Of a stretch of 64,000 nt of DNA, positions 22,997-33,454 are shown in pieces. The notes beneath the pieces were generated by a model, which saw only the letters and a list, made by a program, of their open reading frames with translations, was not told the DNA's origin and did not search any database. The stretch comes from a bacterium (GTDB lineage Bacteria > Acidobacteriota > Terriglobia > Terriglobales > Acidobacteriaceae), in NCBI GenBank assembly GCA_026225095.1, contig JAMFSC010000072.1:383-64382 (forward strand), in the 5' to 3' direction. A program made the position numbers and the translations under genes. Position 1 is the first letter of the stretch. Each line of letters opens with the position of its first letter.

Positions 22997-23066
22997 CGTT
23001 GCGCTTCCTTTGCGTTTGTAGACTACTTCAGAAACAGAGCGGATTTGGTGTCTACGGCTGGGTGCT

Positions 23067-23125
23067 GTGGCGCTCCGGCCCACCTTAGCGACGATGAGAC
23101 GTGTCGCGAAGGTGGGGCACCCGAC
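23067..23125. repeat. REP-like imperfect palindrome, copy 2 (inverted relative to copy 1)
   Basis: The sequence is GTGGCGCTCCGGCCCACCTTAGCGACGATGAGACGTGTCGCGAAGGTGGGGCACCCGAC. This is the reverse complement of 18292-18350 with one substitution. Confidence 0.85.
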
Positions 23126-23229
23126 TTTATACCAACGGGCTTTATACCAACGTGCTTTATACCAACGTGCTTTATACCAACGGGCTTTATACCAACGTGT
23201 TCTAAACCAACGTGCTCTAAACCAACGTG
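23125..23229. repeat. Tandem repeat, 7 x 15 bp (CTTTATACCAACGKG; the last two units are TTCTAAACCAACGTG and CTCTAAACCAACGTG)
   Basis: I counted the units directly: 23125, 23140, 23155, 23170, 23185, 23200 and 23215. The array lies between the cysN stop and the cysH start. Confidence 0.95.
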
Positions 23230-23238
23230 CAATCTGGT

Positions 23239-24921
23239 CTAGTTATGGGATTCGCTGGGGGTGGGCACGGATTCACTGAGGCGAAGGACGGATGGCCCGG
23301 CGACGGCGACGGTTGCGGCTTCGGTCTCAGGATCGAGCAGGCGGCTGGTGATGGCGATGACACCGGCGAGTTGGAGGGCTCGAACGACAGCGGGGAGGCT
23401 CGAGTCGGGGATGTCCGGGTGGTCGATCAGGATGGCGCGATCGCCTCCGGCGAGGAAGGCCGCGAGGATACGTTCGGCATCCTGCGGACGGCCGGGGAGG
23501 AGGCAGAGGACGGGTCGGGTGGAGACCTCGGGAGTCGGGGCGTCGGATGTTGAATCAGATTCAGGGACAGTCACGGGGCCGAGAATCATGACAGCGCCCA
23601 CCGTGGCGTTGGTGATGGCGTCGATGAGGATGAGTGAGCCGGTGGCGCGACAGATGGTATAGGGATCGAAGAAGAGAGGGAGGTTGGTCTCGAATTCAAC
23701 CTCGCCGACCTCGTTCATGTTGAGGGTCTCGGCGGCGACGTGGTCGAGGGTGCCGACGTCGACCCGGGAGGTGAGGGCACGGACCGTCGCGCGGACGGTG
23801 CGGGTGGTGTGCTTGGCGATGTAAGTGCGGCCTGGGGCCAGGGGGTCCTCGTGCATCCAGACGACCATGGCGGAGAAGCGGGTGGCGATGGCGGGTTCGG
23901 ACTCGCCGGTGGGGCTGGCGGCTACAAGCATCTCGCCGCGGGAGAGGTCGATCTCGTCTTCGAGCTCGACGGTGATGCTCTGGGGATAGGCGGCGGCCGG
24001 GAGGTCTCCGTCGTAGGTGACGATGCGTTTGACCACGGACTCTTTGCGGGAGGGCAGGGCCATCACACGTTGGCCCGGACGGAGCACTCCGCGAGCGACC
24101 TGTCCGGAGAAGCCTCGGAAGTCGAGGTCGGGGCGCTGGACGAGTTGGACGGGGAAACGGAGGGGCGCGGCGTCTTCCTCGGCGAGGCTGGTGGCGGTGG
24201 CGAGGGGAACGGTCTCGAGGTAGTCGAGCAGCGTGGGGCCGTCGTACCAGGGCATACGCAGGCTGGGGTTGACGACGTTGTCACCCTCCAGTGCGCTGAT
24301 CGGAATCATGCTGACGGACTTGAGATTCAGGCGGGAGGCGAGGGCAAGGAACTCCTGCTCGATCGACCGGAAGGTCTCTTCGGAGTACCCGGCGAGGTCC
24401 ATCTTGTTGACCGCAGCGACGACGTGGGGGATGCCAAGGAGGCTCGCGATGGTCGTGTGACGGCGGGATTGGGGGAGCAGCGTCCCGAGGCGGAGGAAGG
24501 CTCTCGCGTCGATGAGAACGATGGCGACGTCGGCCGTGGAGGCGCCGGTGGCCATGTTGCGGGTGTACTGCTCGTGGCCCGGGGTGTCGGCGATGATGAA
24601 CTTGCGTTTGGCGGTGGAGAAGTAGCGGTAGGCGACGTCGATGGTGATTCCCTGCTCGCGTTCGGCCTTGAGGCCGTCGGTGAGGAGGGAGAAGTCGACG
24701 TGGCCTCCGGAGGCCCGGTTGACGCGGCTGGCAGCGACGGAGGCGAGCTGGTCTTCGTAGATCGACTTGGTGTCGTGGAGGAGGCGTCCGATGAGGGTGG
24801 ACTTGCCGTCGTCGACGGAGCCGGCGGTGGTGAAGCGGAGCATCTCCTGCGAGAGATGGGAGTCCAGAAACTGCTCGAAGGTTGGGGCGACGGGCGCGGG
24901 GGTGATGATGTGGCTGGCCAT
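23239..24921 (-). CDS. cysN: Sulfate adenylyltransferase subunit 1 (GTPase) with a ~110-aa C-terminal extension
   Basis: The G1 motif TTAGSVDDGKSTLIGRL and DTPGHEQYTRNM are present, with EF-Tu-like domains II and III. The gene starts immediately after the cysD stop (TAAATG). Confidence 0.9.
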   Translation of the reverse strand: MASHIITPAPVAPTFEQFLDSHLSQEMLRFTTAGSVDDGKSTLIGRLLHDTKSIYEDQLASVAASRVNRASGGHVDFSLLTDGLKAEREQGITIDVAYRYFSTAKRKFIIADTPGHEQYTRNMATGASTADVAIVLIDARAFLRLGTLLPQSRRHTTIASLLGIPHVVAAVNKMDLAGYSEETFRSIEQEFLALASRLNLKSVSMIPISALEGDNVVNPSLRMPWYDGPTLLDYLETVPLATATSLAEEDAAPLRFPVQLVQRPDLDFRGFSGQVARGVLRPGQRVMALPSRKESVVKRIVTYDGDLPAAAYPQSITVELEDEIDLSRGEMLVAASPTGESEPAIATRFSAMVVWMHEDPLAPGRTYIAKHTTRTVRATVRALTSRVDVGTLDHVAAETLNMNEVGEVEFETNLPLFFDPYTICRATGSLILIDAITNATVGAVMILGPVTVPESDSTSDAPTPEVSTRPVLCLLPGRPQDAERILAAFLAGGDRAILIDHPDIPDSSLPAVVRALQLAGVIAITSRLLDPETEAATVAVAGPSVLRLSESVPTPSESHN

Positions 24922-25854
24922 TTAGAAGTAGCCCTCGCGCTTCTTGACTTCCATGCTTCCCTCTTCGTCGTGATCGATGGCGCGGTTCTCGCGCTCGGAG
25001 CGGCGGAAGGTCATGAGCTCTTCGATGATCTTGGGCAGGGTGTCGGCGTCGGAGCGCATGGCGCCCGTGCAGGGGAGGCAGCCGAGCGAGCGCATGCGAA
25101 CCTTCTGGGTGGTCACCTTTTCGCCGGGGAAGAGCTTGAGGCCATCGTGGTAGAGCGTGGTCTGGCCGCCGCGGTTGATCACTGGGCGGTCCTGCGCGAA
25201 GTACAGGGGCACGATCGGGATCTTCTCCGCGTAGAGGTAGAGCCAGATGTCGAGCTCCGTCCAGTTCGAGAGCGGGAAGACCCGGATGGACTCGCCCTTG
25301 CGGAGACGGGAGTTGTAGAGGCTCCAGAGTTCGGGGCGCTGGTTCTTCGGGTCCCACTGGCCGGCGGAGTCGCGGAAGCTGTAGACGCGCTCCTTGGCGC
25401 GGGACTTCTCTTCGTCGCGGCGGGCTCCACCGAAGGCTGCGTCGTAGCCTCCGGCCTCGAGGGCGTCGAGGAGGGCGCGGGTCTTCAGCAGGCCGCAACA
25501 GTTCTGGGTTCCGAGCTCGTACGGGTTGGCTCCGCCGGCGATGGCCTGCTCGTTGCGGTGGACGACGAGGTCGGCGCCGATCTCTTTGGCGTAGGCGTCG
25601 CGGAAGGCGATCATCTCCGGGAACTTGTAGCTGGTGTCGATGTGAAGGAGGGGAAAGGGGATCTTGCCGGGGTAGAAGGCCTTCTGGGCGAGGCGGAGCA
25701 TGACGCTCGAGTCCTTGCCGATGGAGTAGAGCATGACCGGGCGGGCAAACTCGGCGACGGCCTCGCGGAGGATCGCGATGGACTCGGCCTCGAGCGCCTG
25801 CAGGTGATTGAGGCGGGCGGGGAGGGCCTCTTCGGCGAGATGAGTGGACGCCAT
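24922..25854 (-). CDS. cysD: Sulfate adenylyltransferase subunit 2
   Basis: PAPS-reductase-fold blocks are present ([42 protein letters not shown]). The start is set at the MASTHL methionine. Confidence 0.9.
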   Translation of the reverse strand: MASTHLAEEALPARLNHLQALEAESIAILREAVAEFARPVMLYSIGKDSSVMLRLAQKAFYPGKIPFPLLHIDTSYKFPEMIAFRDAYAKEIGADLVVHRNEQAIAGGANPYELGTQNCCGLLKTRALLDALEAGGYDAAFGGARRDEEKSRAKERVYSFRDSAGQWDPKNQRPELWSLYNSRLRKGESIRVFPLSNWTELDIWLYLYAEKIPIVPLYFAQDRPVINRGGQTTLYHDGLKLFPGEKVTTQKVRMRSLGCLPCTGAMRSDADTLPKIIEELMTFRRSERENRAIDHDEEGSMEVKKREGYF

Positions 25855-26192
25855 GATGGGGGATTCGAGCGTCGCGGTGCTTTCGGCAGTCTGGTAGGTC
25901 AACGAACCCTCCTCCTCATCCTGCAAAAAGGAAGGATGGAAGCTGGCTGGAATGTGTGGTCGGGGAGATGCGGCGGATGAACCCGAGATGCTCTAGCGGC
26001 GTCCACAGGGATAGCGTGAGATGTTCGGGGGACCACAACACCCGCAGTCCGTGCAGTGGTTCATCCAGTCGATTATAGCGAATCCGCTGGCCGATCTCCG
26101 GGAGAAGGGGTAGTTCCAAAATGGCAAATGTGTCATGGCGTATGGACTATCGAAGTAGATACCGCCCCGCAGACTGGCGGATTGCCGGCTTC

Positions 26193-26228
26193 CCTCTATG
26201 GATAAGATGACGGCAAGTGCCATAGAGG
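26193..26228 (+). promoter_or_regulatory. Stem-loop able to sequester the Shine-Dalgarno sequence of the downstream OmpA-like gene
   Basis: Arms CCTCTATGG (26193-26201) and CCATAGAGG (26220-26228) form a perfect 9-bp stem. The GAGG in the right arm lies 9 nt before ATG 26238. Confidence 0.3.
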
Positions 26229-26237
26229 ATTCATTCG

Positions 26238-27881
26238 ATGCGCGTTCGACCGGTCAACCTGCTTCGCGCCACCATGTTTGCCGGGCTGCTGGCAGGAGTG
26301 ACGGGTCGGGTAGCCGCGCAGGCGGCAAAGTCGGGTAGCCCGGAGATCGATCCGTCGCGGGTGGATCTCTATGGGGGGTATGCGTATTTTCATCCGCAGG
26401 ACAGCGACGTCAATAACTCCCCCTACACACCGCTCCAGCCCGGGACGGTGGGAAGTGTTTCGGGCTACTTCAACCGGTACCTCGGGATCCAGTTGGAGGG
26501 GACGTTTTTTCCGAAGGGTGATGGGTTTCGCGTTGTGACAGGCCAGACGGGACCGGTGGTGCGCTATCCGTTTGGACGGATTGTTCCCTTTGCCCACTTT
26601 CTGGCGGGCGGCGCGAGGGTGAGCGGGCCGGCGAACCAGAGGGACACGTGGGGCTGGGGGGTGACAGGTGGTGTGGGGGTCGATTACATCCTTCCTTATC
26701 TTGGTGACCATATCGCGGTTCGTCCGCTGCAGGCGGACTTTCACTACTCGCAGGTGGACTATGGGCTTTCCTCCGGGGTGGGCGGGGCCTCGGGTGGATT
26801 TGGTGAGATTGAGGCGTACCGATTGTCGGCTGGCCTCGTTGGTCGATTCGGCGATGCTTCCCCAGGGTATGGGACGATGCTTGGGTGCGCCGCGCGGCCT
26901 ACGAGTGTCTATCCGGGCGATCCGCTGACGGTGAGTGCCAGCACGCTGAATCTGAAGACGAATCGCAGGTATGTCTACCAGTGGACGTTCGCACCATCAC
27001 GGGTTCCGGGAGAGAGTGAGACGGTGCAGATCGACACGGCAGGGCTGGCTCCGGGCGACTACACGGTCAATGGCAGGGTGGTGCGGGAGAAGAGCACGAA
27101 GATCATCGCGACGTGCTCGGCGGTGTTCACGGTGAAGAAGGTGGAGCCTCCGACCATCTCCTGCGCCGCGGACCCTGCGACGGTGCTCCAGGGCGGACAG
27201 GTGACGATCCGGGCGATGGCCGTGAGTCCGCAGAACCGCGCCATGACGTATGCCTACCGGACCACGGCCGGGCAGGTGAGCGGAGGCGGGGCCTCGGCGA
27301 CGTTTTCGCCGGGTATGGCGGATCCGGGACCCGTGGTCGTGACCTGCAATGTGGTCGATGACCTGGGGCACAGTGAGACGGCGACGACGGTGGTGACTAT
27401 CCTGGCGCCGCCGGTGGCGGTGGCTCCGCAGGCACGCCCGCTGTGCTCGCTGCGGTTTGATCGGGATCGCAAGCGACCGGATCGAGTCGACAACGAGGCC
27501 AAGGGCTGTCTGGACGACATCGCCCTGACGCTGAACCGCGAGAGCGGGGCGAAGCTTCTGATCGTGGGCCGTCATGCGCCAGAAGAAACTGATGGCAATG
27601 CGGCGGAGCGGGCGCTGAACGTGCGAGAGTACCTGGTCCAGGAAAAAGGCATCGACGCGAGCCGGATCGAGATGCGGATTGGAGGCGATTCCGGGAGAGC
27701 GGTGGAGAATACGCTGATTCCGGAGGGAGGGTCGTACGATCCGGGGGCCGTTTCGAGCTTCGACGCCTCCAGCGTGCAACGCCGTGGTCAAGCGTATGGC
27801 TCGGGAGGTAACTCGAAGGGAGTGTCTGCGCGCACTGCGAGAAGGCGCCGGACCCCTGTGGTGCAGCCCACGGTACCATAG
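26238..27881 (+). CDS. Outer-membrane protein with an N-terminal beta-barrel-like region, central Ig-like repeats and a C-terminal OmpA-like domain
   Basis: A signal peptide is present ([15 protein letters not shown]), followed by an aromatic-rich barrel-like N-terminus. A C-terminal OmpA-like block is present ([28 protein letters not shown]). Confidence 0.75.
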   Translation: MRVRPVNLLRATMFAGLLAGVTGRVAAQAAKSGSPEIDPSRVDLYGGYAYFHPQDSDVNNSPYTPLQPGTVGSVSGYFNRYLGIQLEGTFFPKGDGFRVVTGQTGPVVRYPFGRIVPFAHFLAGGARVSGPANQRDTWGWGVTGGVGVDYILPYLGDHIAVRPLQADFHYSQVDYGLSSGVGGASGGFGEIEAYRLSAGLVGRFGDASPGYGTMLGCAARPTSVYPGDPLTVSASTLNLKTNRRYVYQWTFAPSRVPGESETVQIDTAGLAPGDYTVNGRVVREKSTKIIATCSAVFTVKKVEPPTISCAADPATVLQGGQVTIRAMAVSPQNRAMTYAYRTTAGQVSGGGASATFSPGMADPGPVVVTCNVVDDLGHSETATTVVTILAPPVAVAPQARPLCSLRFDRDRKRPDRVDNEAKGCLDDIALTLNRESGAKLLIVGRHAPEETDGNAAERALNVREYLVQEKGIDASRIEMRIGGDSGRAVENTLIPEGGSYDPGAVSSFDASSVQRRGQAYGSGGNSKGVSARTARRRRTPVVQPTVP

Positions 27882-28067
27882 GCACGATGGCTCGGGAGAA
27901 GACCTCCTCGCGATGGTTTCTGCCGGCAGATTTTCTGGTAGACTAGGACAGACGGTGCGGTGGGTCGTCCGGCCAAAGAGCCTGGAGATTCCCGTATATC
28001 TGCGGCTCGGTTCCCTGCCCAGATCATGACCAATCTTGCGCCGTCAAATCCAGTCAACACACAAGTT

Positions 28068-28242
<175 letters not shown>

Positions 28243-28762
28243 TACTACAGCTGTAACTCGTTGACGGGGAGGAGGGAGCCTCGTTTTCGGTAGTGGCAGG
28301 ACTGTGCGAGAAATTGGTGTCGCCTTCGACAATCAGAGGATGTGAGCCTAGAGAGCGCTTCGCTTTTCATCGTCAGTAACACCCTGCCCCCCCAGGCTCA
28401 ACACTTCCATACCGCAGTCAGGTGACCCCAGATTCACATCAGCCCTGCACCCTTGATTGGACCCAAGCGGGAAAGTCAGCTCCGGGCTGAAGTTATTCCA
28501 TTTAGGGATAAAGAAAGTTGCTATCTTACCCAAAGATCGCGTTCGGATGAACTCGCGGGACTACGATCCTCGTATGGGCCAATGTTTTAGACTCATCCAC
28601 TGCTGGAGGGGTCTCATTGATGCCCGTACTAACTGCAAAACGTCTTGTCTTCATAGGGCTTTTGAGTTGCTCCCAACGAGATTTGCCCCTTACTGTAGAG
28701 AGTGCCAACACAAGGCATTGTGCGTTTGCCATCTCGGATGACCATCAGGGTCGGGGTGATGA

Positions 28763-31492
28763 GTGAATCGCAGGTTGTTGATAGCAGCAATTGTTGGGAC
28801 TAGTGTCCTTGCGGCGTTACTCGATCTCTGGACGTCCGCGGCGCTCATCGGATCTATCCTCTTCACTCTTCCGCTGGCCTTATGCGCTATGCAACGCTCC
28901 AAGCGGCTACTGTGGGGCACGGCAGTCGTTGCGGTTCTTCTCGCCGTCGCGGCGGAGTTCTGGGGGTTTCATCGGGGCGAACCCAAGAACCTGTTGGACG
29001 CGTCGGTCAACCGAGGCCTTCTCATTGCAAGCCTTCTCACTCTGACGGCCTTGATTCATCTTTCGATCAATCAAAGCCAAAAGATTGTGCTTGACGCTGC
29101 CAGGATAGAGCGCCAGCGCATCGACCTATCGGTCCAGAATGAGCGGCTGGAAGTCATGGTTGCGTCGACGCTCCGCGACATTGACGTCCGCAAATCAGCA
29201 GAAGAGCGGGCGATCCAGATGGAGGCCCGCTATCGAGGTTTGCTCGAAGCTGCCCCGGACGCCATGGTCGTCGTAGATCGAAGTGCTCAAATCGTTTTAG
29301 TAAATGCTCAGACGGAAAAGCTGTTTGGATATCGGCGTGAAGAACTCTTGAACAAGCCGATTGAAATTTTGATCCCTGAACGTTTTCGCCGCCAGCATCC
29401 CGCATATCGGGATAAATTCATTTCCGATCCTCAAGTGCGCGCGATGGGAGAAGGACTAGCACTGTTCGGGTTGCGAAAAGACGGTAGCGAGTTTCCGGCG
29501 GAAATTATGCTAAGTCCATTGGAAAATGTCGACAGCCTCCTGATGACGGCAGCCATCCGGGACATCTCGTTGCGCCAAGCAGCTGAAGGACATGTGGCGC
29601 AGCTCGAGAAAGGGCGCCAGCTTGGGGAGGAGTCGCTCCGTCAAAGCGAAGAACGGTATCGGATGCTTCTGGATGGCATCCAGAACTATGCGATCTTCAT
29701 GATGGACACGCAGGGCCAGGTCGTAAGTTGGAACGCTGGCGCCGAACGAATCAAAGGTTACAGCTCCGACGAGATTATCGGTCACAACTTTTCCTGTTTT
29801 TTCCCTTCGGAAGATATCAAGCGAGATAGACCGCAGGAGGTGCTCCGTATCACCGCCGAAAGCGGTCGGCACGAAGAACAAGGTGTGCGTGTACGGAAAG
29901 ATGGCTCACGCTTTTTGGCGAATGTAACACTCACAGCATTGCGCGATCCAGCCGGCAATTTACGGGGATTTTCTGAGTTTAGCCACGATCTCAGTGAGAG
30001 CAAAGAGTCGGAAGCGAAATACCGGGGGCTGTTGGAAGCGGCTCCAGATGCAATCGTCGTGGTGAACCAGGACGGAGAAATCGTTCTCTTGAATGTTCAG
30101 GCGGAGAAACAGTTCGGATACTATCGCGACGAGCTTGTAGGACAGCCGGTGAAGAACATCATTCCGGAGGGTTTCTCGGAACGGCTCATCGCTGACGGTA
30201 CAAGAAGCGCGTCTGAGGCACTGGCGCAGCAGATTGGTACGGGTATCGAGCTTTCCGGGCGGCGGAAGGATGGAAGCAGGTTCCCGATTGAGATCATGCT
30301 TAGCCCGTTGGAAAACGCTGAGGGAATCCTGGTGACGGCAGCAGTCCGCGATATCACTGTACGCAAACTTGCCGAAGAGCGCGTGTTGCAGATGGAAGCC
30401 CGCTACCGGGGCTTGATGGAAGCGGCCCCGGATGCAATGGTCATCGTGAATCAGACTGGCGATATCGTCCTGCTCAATCTTCAGGCGGAGATTCAGTTCG
30501 GATACCGGCGCGATGAACTCGTCGGACGCCAAGTTACAAATATCATCCCGGAGGGCTTCGCGGAACGGCTCATCGCCGATGGAACGAGGAGCGCGGCTGA
30601 CGCGCTGGCGCAGCAGATCGGTACAGGGATCGAGTTGACAGGGCTGCGGAAGGATGGCAGCAAGTTCCCGATTGAGATCATGCTGAGTCCGTTGGAAAAT
30701 GCTGAAGGCATCCTTATCACAGCGGCCATCCGGAACATCAGTGTGCGAAAGATATCTGAGGAGCATCTGATCAAGACCGCCGAAGAACTGAAGCGGTCCA
30801 ATATCGAACTGCAGCAATTCAGCTATGTTGCGTCGCACGATCTCCAGGAGCCGTTGCGGATGGTGGCCAGTTATACGCAGCTCCTGGCCAAGCGCTACAG
30901 AGGGCGATTGGACTCCGATGCTGATGAGTTTATCGAATACGCAGTAGATGGCTGCAACCGCATGCAGGGATTGATCCAGGATCTACTCGCCTATTCACGC
31001 TCGGGGACCGACGCTAAGGTGCTTCACGAGATATCCGGCGAAGCCGCATTAAAGGAAGCGCTTACAAACCTGCGAGCGACGATTGAGGAGAGCGGCGCGA
31101 TTGTGACTCATGACGCGCTGCCGACCATCATATCGGACGATACGCAAGTAGCCCTGGTATTTCAGAACCTCATTGGGAACGCCATCAAATACCGAGGTGC
31201 AGAGGCGCCTCGCGTTCACATTTCTGCTGTGAAGAACGGCGGCAATGTATGGATTTTCTCCGTTCGAGACAATGGATTGGGAATCGAGCCTCAGTATTTC
31301 GAGAGGATCTTCATCCTTTTCCAGAGGCTACATGGACGGAACGAGTTCAACGGTACAGGAATTGGATTGGCAATTTGCAAGAAGACTGTAGAGAGGTTGG
31401 GAGGGAAGATATGGGTCGAGTCTCAACCCGAAAAGGGTTCAACCTTTTTCTTTTCCCTGCCAGGAGGTAGTGGTCATGGCGGAATTGGTTGA
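28763..31492 (+). CDS. Membrane-anchored multi-PAS sensor histidine kinase
   Basis: N-terminal TM helices are followed by at least 4 PAS modules, each opening with the [11 protein letters not shown] motif. HisKA ([13 protein letters not shown]) and HATPase ([26 protein letters not shown]) follow. The start is GTG. Confidence 0.9.
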   Translation: MNRRLLIAAIVGTSVLAALLDLWTSAALIGSILFTLPLALCAMQRSKRLLWGTAVVAVLLAVAAEFWGFHRGEPKNLLDASVNRGLLIASLLTLTALIHLSINQSQKIVLDAARIERQRIDLSVQNERLEVMVASTLRDIDVRKSAEERAIQMEARYRGLLEAAPDAMVVVDRSAQIVLVNAQTEKLFGYRREELLNKPIEILIPERFRRQHPAYRDKFISDPQVRAMGEGLALFGLRKDGSEFPAEIMLSPLENVDSLLMTAAIRDISLRQAAEGHVAQLEKGRQLGEESLRQSEERYRMLLDGIQNYAIFMMDTQGQVVSWNAGAERIKGYSSDEIIGHNFSCFFPSEDIKRDRPQEVLRITAESGRHEEQGVRVRKDGSRFLANVTLTALRDPAGNLRGFSEFSHDLSESKESEAKYRGLLEAAPDAIVVVNQDGEIVLLNVQAEKQFGYYRDELVGQPVKNIIPEGFSERLIADGTRSASEALAQQIGTGIELSGRRKDGSRFPIEIMLSPLENAEGILVTAAVRDITVRKLAEERVLQMEARYRGLMEAAPDAMVIVNQTGDIVLLNLQAEIQFGYRRDELVGRQVTNIIPEGFAERLIADGTRSAADALAQQIGTGIELTGLRKDGSKFPIEIMLSPLENAEGILITAAIRNISVRKISEEHLIKTAEELKRSNIELQQFSYVASHDLQEPLRMVASYTQLLAKRYRGRLDSDADEFIEYAVDGCNRMQGLIQDLLAYSRSGTDAKVLHEISGEAALKEALTNLRATIEESGAIVTHDALPTIISDDTQVALVFQNLIGNAIKYRGAEAPRVHISAVKNGGNVWIFSVRDNGLGIEPQYFERIFILFQRLHGRNEFNGTGIGLAICKKTVERLGGKIWVESQPEKGSTFFFSLPGGSGHGGIG

Positions 31493-31937
31493 AAGAGATA
31501 TGACGGCTTTCGAAGTTCTCTTGGTTGAAGACAGTCCCGGCGATGTCCGACTCACGCGTGAAGCGTTTAAAGACGCGAAGGTGCATATCAACCTGCAGGT
31601 CGCATCGGACGGTGCAGAAGCAATGGCAATTTTGCACCGCGAAGGAAAGCACGCGGACATTCCTCGCCCGGATCTGATCCTGCTCGATCTGAACCTGCCC
31701 AAGAAGAGCGGCCGGGAGGTCCTGGAGGAGATCAAGGAAGATCCTGTTCTTATGAGCATCCCCGTCGTTATCCTGACTACCTCTGCGTCTGAACAGGACA
31801 TCCTGCGTAGCTATTTGCTCCATGCGAACTGTTTCATCACGAAGCCCGTGGACCTGGATGGATTTCTTAAGGTCGTAAAAAGCATCGACAACTTTTGGCT
31901 GTCCATTGTCAAATTGCCCCACGAAGGGCGCTCATGA
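31476..31937 (+). CDS. Single-domain response regulator (CheY-like receiver)
   Basis: Receiver blocks are present ([36 protein letters not shown]). AGGAGG lies 7 nt upstream of the ATG. The gene overlaps the end of the kinase gene. Confidence 0.9.
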   Translation: MAELVERDMTAFEVLLVEDSPGDVRLTREAFKDAKVHINLQVASDGAEAMAILHREGKHADIPRPDLILLDLNLPKKSGREVLEEIKEDPVLMSIPVVILTTSASEQDILRSYLLHANCFITKPVDLDGFLKVVKSIDNFWLSIVKLPHEGRS

Positions 31938-33454
31938 ACAGGACCGTGCTCCAGATTCTTTTGGTTGAGGATAACGCGGGAGATACTCGCTTACTCCGCG
32001 AGATGTTCAGTCAGGAAAAACCCGGTAGTTTCCACCTGACCTGTGTCTTACGAATGCGTGACGCCGAGATTCAGCTTGCGAAGGGTGGAGTCGACGTCGT
32101 TCTTTTAGACATGGGACTGCCGGATGAGCACGGGCTCGACACCCTCCGGCGGGCACAGGCTGCTGCTCCTGGTGTCCCGGTAATCGTCCTGACCGGCTTG
32201 GACGATGAAGTGCTGGCTGCCGAAGCGATGAAGGAGGGCGCGCAAGACTACCTGATTAAAGGCCAGATCGAGAATCGCGCACTTCCCCGGGCTCTTCGTC
32301 ATGCTATTGAGCGTCGCCGTATGCAGGCTGAGACCGATATAGTCCGTGAACTTCAATCGCAGGCGCGCGTTAATTCTGTGTTGGAGTGCACCTCCGATAG
32401 TGTTGTTGCGATCGGTCATGACTGGACACTTCTCTACGGCAATCGGAGAGCGCTCCAAAGCCTCCCCGATTTCAAACTAGGAGGAAACTACTGGAGTTGT
32501 TTCCCCGATCTAGTTGCAACCCCTGTCGAGCAGCACCTTCGCCGTGCAATGGAAGGACGGTCAGAGATTAAGTTCGAATCTTATTACGCCCCGTATGGAC
32601 GGTGGTCAAGAGTGCACGCTTTTCCAATGGATGACGGCTTGAGCATCTTCTTTAGTGACATAACCGAAGAGAGGAAGATGCAGGACAAATTGAAACTTGA
32701 GCAGTTGCTTAGAGAAAAACGTATCGAAGCGCTGAGTCATATGGCAGGTGGTCTGGCGCACGAAATCAGCAACCCACTTGCGATCATCCATGCAAGAGCA
32801 AGTGACCTGAGACGTCTTGCGGTCAGCGGGGCACCTGTTGCGGCTATCGATGTACTGAAGGAGTGCGATGGCATCGTGCGAACGTCTGATCGGGCCACGA
32901 AGATCCTGCGCGGCCTAAGAGGCTTCGCCCGGGAAGGTAGCCGGGACCCGATGCTGTCGGCGTCTATTAGCGAAATCGCCGAAGAATGCCTCGAGTTACA
33001 ATATGCACGTTTCGAGCGTCATAGCGTCGAGCTGCGGTTGCAGTTCAATGCTGAAGTTCCGGACATTCTGTGCCGCGAAACCCAGATCGGGCAGATCGTA
33101 ACTAACCTGCTCAACAATGCCTTCGATGCAATCGTCCAGTCGGATTCTTCGGAACGTTGGATATCTTTGGCAACGGGCTACGCTGACGGCGAAATATACA
33201 TGGACGTCACCGATAGCGGTCCTGGCATTGAGGACCACTTCAAAGCACATTTAATGGAGCCTTTTTTTACTACGAAGGAGTTCGGTCTGGGAATGGGTGT
33301 GGGGCTCAGTCTTTCCCGTGCGATAGCGCAGGAGCACGGTGGCACGCTGGTTCTGTGTAAAGACACCATACATACCTGCTTCCGGCTGGTTCTTCCCATC
33401 GAGTCGGATGCTTCCGATCAAAAAGAAGATCATCAAGTGGAGGCGACCTACTAA
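31934..33454 (+). CDS. Receiver-PAS-histidine kinase hybrid protein
   Basis: REC blocks are present (ILLVEDNAGD, VVLLDMGLPDEHG, VIVLTG, YLIKG). HisKA (MAGGLAHEISNPL) and HATPase (NLLNNAFDAI, DSGPGI, GLGMGVGLS) follow. An ATGA overlap joins it to the upstream gene. Confidence 0.9.
   Translation: MNRTVLQILLVEDNAGDTRLLREMFSQEKPGSFHLTCVLRMRDAEIQLAKGGVDVVLLDMGLPDEHGLDTLRRAQAAAPGVPVIVLTGLDDEVLAAEAMKEGAQDYLIKGQIENRALPRALRHAIERRRMQAETDIVRELQSQARVNSVLECTSDSVVAIGHDWTLLYGNRRALQSLPDFKLGGNYWSCFPDLVATPVEQHLRRAMEGRSEIKFESYYAPYGRWSRVHAFPMDDGLSIFFSDITEERKMQDKLKLEQLLREKRIEALSHMAGGLAHEISNPLAIIHARASDLRRLAVSGAPVAAIDVLKECDGIVRTSDRATKILRGLRGFAREGSRDPMLSASISEIAEECLELQYARFERHSVELRLQFNAEVPDILCRETQIGQIVTNLLNNAFDAIVQSDSSERWISLATGYADGEIYMDVTDSGPGIEDHFKAHLMEPFFTTKEFGLGMGVGLSLSRAIAQEHGGTLVLCKDTIHTCFRLVLPIESDASDQKEDHQVEATY

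Noticed and set aside
23125-23229. Possible CRISPR array
   Set aside because: The units are contiguous 15-mers with no spacers, and no cas genes are nearby. This is a minisatellite, not a CRISPR array.
23023-23279. ORFs on both strands that translate the 15-bp tandem array into pentapeptide repeats (HVGIK, PTGFI, ALYQR)
   Set aside because: The periodicity is a by-product of a 15-bp DNA repeat. There is no start-site support. The same unit occurs once, in non-coding context, at 18278-18292.
23239-23570. Functional APS kinase (CysC) domain fused to CysN
   Set aside because: The P-loop (GxxGxGKS/T) and the LDGDN block are absent, and the segment is only ~110 aa. It is reported as a degenerate remnant instead.
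23740-25980. A 746-aa plus-strand ORF covering cysN and cysD
   Set aside because: The translation is Gly/Glu/Asp/Val-rich and low-complexity. The opposite strand encodes textbook CysN and CysD motifs.
28243-28762. Search for an integrase or excisionase next to the tRNA, also carried out in 40724-41399
   Set aside because: No frame on either strand showed tyrosine- or serine-recombinase motifs. Only short ORFs of doubtful coding quality are present. The island is therefore reported without a mobility gene.
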